This document shows positions 10,517 through 20,000 of a DNA stretch of 20,000 bases, in pieces (the stretch's first letter is position 1; each line of letters begins with the position of its first letter). This DNA is from Rotaria socialis (lineage: Eukaryota): positions 170,339-190,338 of the forward strand of contig CAJNYD010000293.1 of the NCBI GenBank assembly GCA_905331295.1, given 5' to 3'. The notes beneath the pieces are model-generated. The model did no database searches. It was not told where the DNA came from and saw only the letters and a list, made by a program, of their open reading frames with translations. The translations under genes were made by a program, and so were the position numbers.

Positions 10517-10937
10517 CGAAGAGGAGAATCTCAAGGAACAGTGGTTGTAGGTGGCAATGGAAGTGGAAGTAGTCTCGATCAACTCTCTTACCCACGATAC
10601 GTATTCGTCAATCGAGATCATTCAGTGTACGTGTCTGATCGGGGAAATGATCGTGTGATAAAATGGGTGGAAGATGCAAAACAAGGCATTGTCGTGGCTA
10701 CTTCAAGGAGTCATTGTCGATCAAGTGGGCACTGTCTATGTGGCTGATGGGGGAAATGATCGAATCATGCATTGGCTCAAAGGAGCCACACGGGGAAGTA
10801 TCCTTGTTGGTGGAGATGGCGCAGGAGAACAATCGAACCAACTCAATACACCCTTCGGTTTGTCATTCGATCGACACGGCAATCTCTATGTCGTCGATAG
10901 GGGAAATCGTCGAGTACACCGTTTTGCTATTCAATGA
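10517..10937 (+). pseudogene. NHL-repeat (beta-propeller) gene, 5'-truncated at the transposon end and frameshifted
   Basis: The first frame reads RRGESQGTVVVGGNG..QLSYPRYVFVNRDHSVYVSDRGNDRVIKW..QGIVVA. The second reads QGVIVDQVGTVYVADGGNDRIMHW..QLNTPFGLSFDRHGNLYVVDRGNRRVHRF*. At ~10700-10703 the GGxGxG...QLxxP segment of one repeat is missing and the frame shifts. AATAAA lies at 10982. Confidence 0.85.
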
Positions 10938-11158
10938 GCTCATTTACATTGTTGTTCCGCCACTTTCTCCCTTTGCTCTCTAATAAACGCGATTTATTGA
11001 ATTTTGTTTTGTATGCAATTCACCTGTGCGCAGGATCAGGAAACATCCTGAGAGTCGTAACAAGCAACAAGAGCTCATGCACGTACGAGAACAGATTTGT
11101 ATCATGTCATACCTCGCGTCACCGAGCTATGTCAACAGAATCTGTCCAATCTTGAGGA

Positions 11159-11272
11159 TGTGGCCGTGAATGTGGGTGTAAGCATGGGTGTGGGTTCAGA
11201 ATAAAACTTCTCTATCTACAGCCACACCCACACCCAAAACTCAAAATTGGTTTTAGTGTTGGTGCATGCCTG
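11159..11272. repeat. Degenerate TGTGGG/CCCACA inverted hexamer repeats (telomere-like), probably part of a small MITE
   Basis: TGGGTGTGGGT (11185-11195) pairs with ACCCACACCCA (11226-11236). The segment ends in GTGCATGCCTG, which resembles a TIR end. Confidence 0.55.
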
Positions 11273-11653
11273 AATATAATAATAGAAGGAAACGAACAGC
11301 CACTATCATGAACAAAAAATATTCTTAATCAGTCACAAGTTAACACAAGAAATTGCCTCGAAATTTTATGCTGATGCTCCTATTACTAGTACATCACAGT
11401 AAAAGATGTCGGCGTCTTCCAAATTAATCAATTTCACAAAGTATGATTTTTATTGCACAGTAAATTCATGAAAATTATAAAGTTTACGTCATTCAGTACG
11501 ATAAAAACGAAATGGCCTTTTCTTACATGTGAGTAAAGTACTAGCAAACCACTGGGCTATTGGGAAGCAAAGTTCATCTGAAAGACTATATTGTTTCTCT
11601 TCTATGAATAATTAAAATTGATGACTCCAGATTTCTACACGAAAAGCAAGATT

Positions 11654-11659
11654 TTTATT
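11654..11659 (-). promoter_or_regulatory. Candidate polyadenylation signal (AATAAA) of the helicase-NTase-PARP gene
   Basis: TTTATT on the + strand, ~115 nt downstream of the stop codon. Weak evidence in AT-rich DNA. Confidence 0.35.
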
Positions 11660-11772
11660 TGAACTGAGCAAAAACAAAATTAATTGAGAAAATCCTTCAC
11701 AAACAGATGTTACACAATGGGCACATTTTGTCTCAACGTAGACATTAATAATGGAGTGAAAAACAGTGTTGG

Positions 11773-12035
11773 TCATGCTGTGTAAGTAATAAGAATGTAT
11801 GGTAAAGCTTGAGCATTGCGATAAACAATGTATTCAGGCATGCTTGGATTTGCCAAACCACAAACGGAGTGATAGTTCTTTGGGGCAGCAACTAGAGAGC
11901 GATCTGTTACTGTGATATCGTATAATTGTCCAAGTGTTACTCTACAATAAAACATTTTACAAGTTTGCTCCACTTCTGATTTTTTCGTATATTGATGAGA
12001 CTTGAGAGGATTGCCAGCAAAGTAAGCCCCGTGAC
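11773..12035 (-). CDS. Exon 3: C-terminal half of the PARP catalytic domain (tankyrase-like)
   Basis: Reads GHGAYFAGNPLKSHQYT...MFYCRVTLG...YHSVCG...PEYIVYRNAQALPYILITYTA*, carrying the catalytic Tyr and Glu of the H-Y-E triad. Confidence 0.9.
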
Positions 12036-15000
12036 CTATAACAAAAACAGGAAAGTATGGAATAAAACTGTTTCTATTTTCGGTTCTACGAGGAAAGCAC
12101 TCTCAATTGAAGAGAAAAACGTAAAGATGTTTTATTATTTACAAATCAAATTAGAACAGTTTCTCAATCAGCTATTCGCCACTGGGCTCATTACAATGAA
12201 TTTCATTTTAAACATGTCTTATTTGAAATGCCCTTCTATGGCATCGGCATACATGTTCAACTATGTGCATTTAGCTATTGTCTGTTGATGGCTAAACCCA
12301 ACTTATATTTCAATTAAATTTAAAGAAGAGGCCACAATTTTCATTCTTAGAAAACATTTCGACATACCGTAAAGGCCATCACTGCTAAAATAGCGATCAT
12401 CAAAACCCATTTCCATTATACTTTCGACGTTATCAGCACTTGTACCATGAAAAAGATATAATTCGTTTGCATTGTTATTGACACATTGACCACTAATTAA
12501 GTTTTTCATTGAATGATATACGTCATCGAGACCTGGATTACGAATTTGCACCAATTTTTGAACTTTCACGTTAGGGATAGTTTGCATTTTGTTTTCGATC
12601 AACTGATAGATAGGTGAGCTTTTCGGTACTTCAGTAACAACGAATTTGTCTTTACTCTTGTCTTTTGGAGGCGGTATATAGTTTTGTTCTTCTCCAATTT
12701 GTATCCATCCACGAGCTATCATCTTATCACGGCGAACTTTCATTATGTCATCAAGTGGACGAAGTATGCTGAACTGTTTTTGTTTTATCTTTTGAACAAT
12801 TTGTTCTAAATCAATCAAGAATGGCTCATGACTTAGATTAACACGTTGTCCCAAGTCTGTACAAAAACCACGCATGACATAAAGATTATTGACGTCAAAA
12901 TCAATTCGATCGTGCGTTGCTGCTATGTGATGTTCGATTAAATCCATGGTAAACGGACCAGTAGGATAATCTTCATCAAAAAGTAAAATATAGCGCCAAT
13001 TTTCTCGAAATACTTCTGTTTGAATTTCATACTTATGCATTTCATCAAGAAAATGCTCAATATCAAAATAGTGATCTATTGGTAATTGGCAATCGAGATC
13101 CGATGGAATACAGGCTTTGTCTATGCAAGGAATCTTATTTGGGCGTGTAACCCATTGTTTGGGTTGTATAGACGTTGGTGGTCGAGCGGTTTGGTTGGCT
13201 ACTATCCAATCGCGAACGAAGCCACCTTCTAATTTACAGTGAAATATACATACAGCTATCCATGCGACAACTTCCATTCGAGTTTCTCGTGTTGCAGCCG
13301 GACCGCGTAGCCTTGACCATAGACCAACCGGCGTCATTGTTGTGTCTGTTATACGTTTAATGCGGTCTTCAATATCAGGCGAAGGTTGTTTTGTAACAGA
13401 ATCAATATAACGACGTGGCAATACACCGGAATCCAAATGCATAGCTACGCATAATTGAAGCCATCGCACAAAAGACTTAAGCTCCTTATGTACTTTTTTG
13501 TAATTCTTTTCACGAGCCTTGATGACAATCTTGCATTGATCTTTTTCTTTGAGAAATATTATCTTCACTTGTTTCTGAGCTCTCCAACGCCATCCCATCG
13601 GCCGAAAAATGTGCAGTTCTTCAGTAAGATCTTCAACTTTTCGTTTCAAACCAGTATCAGTTTCGTTGACTGGTATCAATGGTATTTCATTCTTCACTAC
13701 AAGTTTTTGTCGAACACATAGTTCCGTTGTTAATACACGACCAGCTGATCCCGCTAAAGTTAATTGGTCGTCATGCAGTTCACAGTTGACACCATTGGAT
13801 GCCAGCAAAAAGTCTTGGCTTTCTTTGATGTTGTCATTAAATAGTTTTATCTCTGTTTCACTCATTGGAATATTACGTTCGAGAGCCCTATCGAGCCAGT
13901 CAGATTGTATTTCACCAAGAAACGAAAGGATCGATCGAGCTCGAATATCCGATGAGATACGAATATCACGTGCAAGTATTAATGCAACCGGATTAGCACT
14001 TAGCTTACGTGCAAGTGTCGATGTAGAGTCGAGAACCGCTGTTTTCTGTTTTTCTGTTATGCCTGCAGCAGTATAACAAATGAACCGATGTTTTCTACCT
14101 TGGATCTCTGCAGCTGATAGATAAACATTGTTTGAATACCCATTAAGAAGCGCACGAGCAACCGGTTCCCAATATCCATTGGAAGAACACTGAGCTGCTG
14201 TACAATACTCATTTGGTGAACGAAAAAACTTTTCAAATAACGAATATCTTAAGATGGCACGTTTGATGTAATGTTTCATGAATGATAAGCCAGTCTCTTG
14301 ACATACATTGTCGACGTTAAACGTACATGGCGGTTGAACTAGCTTTTTAGCAAGAATAGTATCCATCACATTAAGTAATGTCATAAAGTCACCCTCAACT
14401 TTCTTATATTTACGGGGAAGATTACGTAGAATAGAAGAGGTATTGAGTACACCGAGGATAGCTGCTAGCCGTAGAACATCTCGACCACATTTATAGTCTT
14501 TCAGTGCCGCTAAAACTGCTCGACTCATTTCAACGCTACCAAAATCAGGTAATTTAGAAATAGAGAGGCCAATTGACGTGAAATCTCTTTTCAAATCAAG
14601 AATATCAAGTTGATGTAATCGTTTTATGGCTGTATCAATAGCTTGTTCACTCGGTGCATTAGGTAGCCATTTCTTGAGATCATTGAGTCCACATTTCAAT
14701 GGCAATCGACGAAGTGAGAATTCAATATTGCTTAATTCTGTTTGACATATCTGTGGTTCAGGAAATTTTTTGTTCTTAGGATCAAAGGTGTATAATGGAT
14801 AGTATTCACCAGGTCGCGTTCGACCCAATCGTCCCTGACGTTGCTTTATAGTTGATTCAGCCGCATTCATCTCACGTAGCTCAGTTGAATCTGTCAATGG
14901 ATCATATACAGGAATATGAATGAGACCAGTGTCTATTACATATTTAAGCGAGGGAAAAGTTAGAGATGTTTCGGCTACCGTCGTCGAAAAGAAGATTTGT

Positions 15001-18000
15001 TTCGTTTTAATGAGTTGCTGTTGTTCCATCGATGATTGTGATTGAATCAATGGAAAAGCTGATAATCCTTTCAATAGTTTCAATAACTTTATAGATTGTG
15101 TGACTTCGGTATTTGATTTAACAAAACATAGTATTTGTTCTTCTCTCTCGATTTGTTGATGCAATCGAGCAACTAAATCAATTAGATTCTCACTACAATA
15201 CGAGTTTTCGTTGATACGATTCAAAGTCGACGTTTTTATTTGTATTTCATGGAATTTGAATTCAAAGAAGAGTTGTGCTATACATGGATTAAGAGTGGCT
15301 GATGATATTATGATTTTCAGTTTCGAATGTAAATGAGGATTCTTTTCGAGAAATCGAGCTAAAAATGCAAGGCACAAATCAATATTAATTGAACGTTCAT
15401 GAACTTCATCGATAAAAAATACAAGTCCACGTTTGCTAGTTTTCAATTGATGGATTAGATATCGTTCACGATGTAATAAGTATTCTTTAAGTAGTCCATC
15501 AGTCAAATAGAGTATTGGTGCACTCGAAAAATTGCTTGAACGTGCTCCTGACACTGCCCAACCACTTAACGTTGAACTTTTCATACTCGTGTTGACACGT
15601 TCGGATAAGAGATTGCACGGTAAGCGACGTGGCTGCGTCACTAATATTTTCTCGTAGCCATCAGCAGCGAGCAATGATGGCAAGAGAGTTGATTTACCCG
15701 ATCCCGTTGCAGTCGATATGGCAACGACCGTGTTTTGATTGATTTTTTCCAATAGATCAACTGATGAATCGAATAAAGGTAATTGCAATCGAAAACATTC
15801 AAGTATGATATGAATTCTATGAATTAGAGATGATAGTAACGAAAAATGATGAGATTCATGGCCAATATAGTCCTTAGAAGTTTCAAGCAATTCTTTTAAC
15901 TTTTGTACATGTAAATCTAGAATTATCAAAACTAAATGTTTCAGATAATCATAAAAAAAATATATTACCTTTTGCTGTAATTGATGTATTCACACGTTGA
16001 ATACCAGCTAAACATAAGTCCTCCATTTTCATGAGGTATTGTTTTAAAGCATTTCGTTTGAGCTCTTCGACTAATGTCATGATGTCTTTTTTTTTCAGAT
16101 ACTCACTTGTTTCCATTCTAAGTCGTTTCCACCAATTGGAAGCGTTTCGGATCATATCATCAAGAATACTTTTTACCTTTTGACCAATGTAAAGATCAAA
16201 CTGCTGCTCGAATTCTTCACGCTTACGTTTGATTAACATTTCGAAAATTTCGACAAAGATTTTCCAATTCGCCATGTTGCATTTTATTTGTGCCTTACCC
16301 AATTCTTTAACGCTTCTCTTAAGAAATGATTCCACACAGTTAGTCAGCGTTTTTCTGTAATCATTTTGTTGCTTCTGTAGATGCCTAATGATCCATGTCG
16401 TTCGATAGCAAATAGCTTTCATCTCTACATGATGAACCGAATAAGCTTCTACAATCCATGAGTATGAGCTACTATTGGTTTGGCTTATTTCTTGACATAT
16501 GTTTATCTTTTCCTCATGAGATGATGTTTTGCCCGAAAAGTTAAGTGTCTTTAAATATTTTTCCACTGTAGTCACTTGCAGTTGAATATTATCAGTAAAT
16601 GGTATATCATATTTAATTACAATTAAGTCTTTCACTACTTGATCTTCTTTTCGACGTTGGTTTTCATAGAATTCAACTTTATTTCGTTCATTCTCTAGAT
16701 CGCTTTCAAGATCGTAGCATTTTTTTTTAATATCATCCAACTCTTTTAATTTCATTTTCAATACTTCTTCTTGTTCTTCATGATTCTTCTGCAACAATGT
16801 GAATTCGTCAGACAATAGTGAATTTCCAGATGTATCACATATTATGTTAAGTAGCTCATTTTGTTTTGAAGGTTGCATTTTCTTTTTTTCGATATCCTCT
16901 AGTTTTCGATTTTCTTCTTCAACTGTCTGTTGATATTGTTTCATGATAGCATTTAATCTATCAAGATCTTCTCGCTTCTTTTTAATATTTGTTCGAATTT
17001 CTTCTTCTTTGGCAGCATGATCATTCTCTGTATTATCATTATTGATCAACTCTGCATCCTCGTCATCCATTGATATTGTTTCATGTTCTTCCTTCAATAC
17101 CGATGTCGGATTTTCTGAGCTTCTCTCATCTTTATCATTAGTATTATTATCGATTTTATCATCGTTCACATAAAGTCTAACATTCTCAGTTGCAACCGAT
17201 TCATCCTTCTCATCAGACAAACTGATCTCTTCATTTTCTTGGCTATCAGCTGTTGCAAGCGTGCACAAAAGCGATTTTCTCAACGGTTCTGGTGGTTGAT
17301 TCTGTCGAGAAATGTCTTGAAAATTGTCGATAGGCATAATTCGTTTCATTGTTCGATCGACACTAACAAATCTTGGTAACCATCGTATATATCCAGCTAT
17401 TTTTCGGTTTACATCTTGGAAAGAAAATGATTCTAGATTGAAAGTGATTAATCCAAGAAGCTGAGTACGAATGGTGAGATACCGGAGATGTTGATTCATT
17501 GCTTCTTCAATTGCTGCGTTGAGAAACTCTTCGGCATTATACCATGAATTGAGGCGATAATCAAATTGATCAGAATTGAAAATAGTTGGAATGTCTATGC
17601 TCTTCAATTGTGGAGATTCTTTTTCTTTATCAACAACACAACCATGTTGTGTAAACATAATTTGCCATATGGATACAATATCGAAATTATATACACTCGA
17701 TCCGCGACATCGAATCCATGCTTGATTTTCATTTACCTGTGTACTATTACCTGATTTGAGAAATCTTCTCATCGATACTGTATACATTTGATCTTCGACA
17801 TTGAGAAAAATATCCAAATCTGACGTCTCTCTCAACGTTTTACACAGTATTTTAGATTCCTTTTCTGCAAATTTTTGCCAATCTAGTTGATGTAATGGCT
17901 TGAATTCCCAAGTACAGTTGTACTCAAGTAGACTTGTATCATATTTCAATTTTGATATCTCGTCGTCAATAGTCATCGTTGGTAAATCACAACTCCGAGA

Positions 18001-18801
18001 TCCTTGTAACAAGTAATGGAGGACGAAATGATTGCGAAAAATATCGAAAAGAGCCGGATTGTGCTTGGCAATCATAGTGGGCGTTTCTTCCTTTTTATTT
18101 TGCACATAACAGTTAGCACCTTTATGAAGAAGATAACGAACAATATCTGCATGCCCACTGCTACAAGCTATATGCAGAGGAGTATCCATATTTGCCGATG
18201 AATCGTTTTGATTCTGAGCATTTACAGAGCATTTTGCTTCTTCAATTAAATACTTCATAATTTCTAAATGATTATTCGCAGTTGCTACATATAATAGTGT
18301 GTATCCATTCAACAGAGGTTGATCTTTATGGGATGGGTTTTTAGAAAGAAACTCCTTAACAATGCTAAGATTTCCACTTTGACATTCTCGACATGCTTGA
18401 ATAGAATCTATGAAGATAGCCAAGTTATGCGCAAATATCAAGAGATTGTCACTGGAAAGTACTTCAATGAAACTGTCACCATCAAAATGGAAATCATACA
18501 AAAAGTCAAGGAAGTAGTTATATGTCGTCTCGTCATAATTAGGTAAGTGACGTAATTGTTTAATATTGATTTGAATTTGGCTCGTAATATCAGTCAATAA
18601 AGTTTTTACCTCTTCCGATGGAGGAAATATACATAGTTCTTCACAATCGGTTGGCTCAGCGAATGTTGATTTATCATCGATTTTTTCCTCTTGATTGTCT
18701 ATCTGTGTCGATTCTTTCACCTTCGTCAAACAGGATTGAACATCACTTAGAATTAAAGAACAAATTTTTGTAAGTTCCTCAGTGAATAGTGATAATGCCA
18801 T
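11773..18801 (-). CDS. Multidomain ankyrin / WWE-like / coiled-coil / DEAH-RHA helicase / nucleotidyltransferase / PARP protein (3 exons, 2214 aa)
   Basis: Exons 18801-15969, 15916-12368 and 12035-11773 total 6645 nt (2215 codons) with no internal stop. Intron 1 is 15968-15917 (52 nt, AG|GTAATA..TTCTAG; an alternative in-frame acceptor lies at 15932). Intron 2 is 12367-12036 (332 nt, G|GTATGT..TTATAG), and its splicing rebuilds the PARP motif GLYGHGAYFA. Confidence 0.9.
12368..15916 (-). CDS. Exon 2: DEAH/RHA-family RNA helicase with HA2/OB-like region, nucleotidyltransferase-like domain and N-terminal half of PARP
   Basis: Helicase motifs: I ATGSGKST, Ia TQPRR, Ib TDGLL, II DEVH, III SAT, V TTVAETSLT, VI QRQGRLGR, followed by PQICQTELS and a GDFMTLLNV HA2-type motif. 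NTase motifs: EGGFVRDW, SDLD, RIDFDVNNL. PARP motif: NELYLFHGT..IMEMGFDDRY. Confidence 0.9.
15969..18801 (-). CDS. Exon 1: ankyrin repeats, WWE-like domains, acidic linker and coiled coil
   Basis: Ankyrin consensus in GYTLLYVATANNHLEIMKYLIE and DTPLHIACSSGHADIVRYLLHKGAN. WWE-like segments TWEFK..W.KF..ES.IL and SWY..E...AIEEA. An E/K/Q-rich heptad region spans aa ~600-725. Confidence 0.85.
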
Positions 18802-19697
18802 AATCTAGAATTAGTGAACCAGCATTGTCCTTGCCTTCTAAAATATTACTCTCCTTTTGGGAAACACGAACTGCAAGGAGTATTGAAGTGTATACAGGTA
18901 GAAATTCGCACCCCTCCCACCACCTCACAGACAGGGCGAGAAATATCACAGACCGCGAGAGAAGGATTCTAGAAACTCCCAGAAGCATCACAGACCGTAA
19001 CAGACGAATTCTAGGATAGTTCGTGTTTCACATTTTTAATCCCAAAGCAGTTATGCTAACAGCTTTCTTTTTCTTGCACATTGCACGGCTTTTCATACTG
19101 CACACTTATAATATAATCTGGTGTTAGTAATAAGCGATTATGAAACAACCATCGATAGAGTTTAATGTAACCAGTTAGTTTAACTAAGAATTAAAACGTC
19201 GAGCAGCCATAGCTGGTTCAGTCGTTATGTAAAATTAGACAACGAAATACATTAATCTCTATCGAAAGTGTTGCAATTAGTTCTCGAGACTATTGCATTT
19301 GAGTACGGTCTTCAATCTGTCACCATTACACTCCGAAATGTTGTTAGTAAGCAAATCGTTGTGCATTGTCATTGAAAACAGTAACGTAAACTTGTGCACT
19401 TTTATATCCGTGCGAAAGAGAAAAAAACAGCATGGCGTCTCACTTGGTTTTTTCCCACGTTTCTTCTAACAGTCTCATCAAATGGCTGAATTGGACAAAT
19501 TTTGTAATTGCTTTAATGGTAAGTATGCCATTGACTCTTCCGTCGGCAGATTATCGATGCATTAGAGCATTGAAAATAATTTCCAACCTCTTTATAAGAT
19601 GATTCTGAAGTTTTTGTCTTAAACTGAGCTGGAAAAAACAGAAAAATGTTGGAATTTTTTTCCACTACTGCCGACAACAGATGTAGTAAAAAGAATA

Positions 19698-19762
19698 GGG
19701 TGTGGGTGTGGGTGAAGATATTGATGTTCAGTTGTTTCGATGCCACACCCACACCCACACCC
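19698..19762. repeat. Inverted TGTGGG hexamer repeats (telomere-like hairpin)
   Basis: GGGTGTGGGTGTGGGTG (19698-19714) is perfectly complementary to CACCCACACCCACACCC (19746-19762). Confidence 0.7.
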
Positions 19763-20000
19763 CGCTCCTTCTCCATCTAATATTTCTACTAATTGATGTT
19801 AACCAATGACGAAGACAAATCTTATAACTCCAGACTATGCAGTGCATTGGTTCTTGGAAAAAATGGATATATGAAGGTTTTTTCTAGGACTCGATTTCTA
19901 GATAATATTAGTCAAGAAGCCTATTATTCTATCGTCATCATTTGACGTTATGATAAATATTATGGTCATGCATAGCAAGAGTCACCCCACCATAACGCAT

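Noticed and set aside
11992..12288. 98-aa plus-strand ORF
   Set aside because: Lies antisense to intron 2 and exon 3 of the PARP gene and has no motifs.
13175..14076. Plus-strand ORFs 13175-13360, 13455-13721 and 13609-14076 (also 17566-18546)
   Set aside because: Antisense shadows of the long minus-strand gene with no recognisable motifs.
12303..18801. Treating the 950-aa and 1208-aa ORFs as a two-gene prokaryotic-style operon
   Set aside because: The second ORF has no ATG start, a canonical 52-nt intron joins them in frame, and the PARP domain is complete only after splicing.
18895..19016. GC-richer patch with repeated CACAGAC and weak inverted ends (TAGAAATTCG / CGAATTCTA)
   Set aside because: The termini are too degenerate and there is no TSD. 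It may be an old MITE or promoter element but cannot be supported.

Overview
AT-rich eukaryotic genomic DNA with short GT-AG introns. It is most consistent with a bdelloid rotifer, an inference from ~50-60 nt introns, a bdelloid-style NHL-repeat gene and TGTGGG repeats. The right half holds one large minus-strand gene that the ORF track splits into three ORFs. Spliced (18801-15969, 15916-12368, 12035-11773; 6645 nt, 2214 aa), it encodes ankyrin repeats, WWE-like domains, a coiled coil, a DEAH/RHA-family RNA helicase (DEVH), a CCA-adding/poly(A)-polymerase-type nucleotidyltransferase head (GGFVRD..DLD..RIDFDVNNL) and a tankyrase-like PARP domain with an intact H-Y-E triad. This helicase-NTase-PARP fusion is the main candidate for an undescribed, possibly RNA-sensing or antiviral system. 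The left half is a dense field of non-autonomous DNA transposons: a long-TIR MITE, a hAT element with an 8-bp TSD, and a CACTG-ended composite containing a CCCAG MITE and a ~0.9 kb foldback palindrome. It also contains a small spliced RING-finger gene, a truncated and frameshifted NHL pseudogene, and a partial ORF of unknown function.
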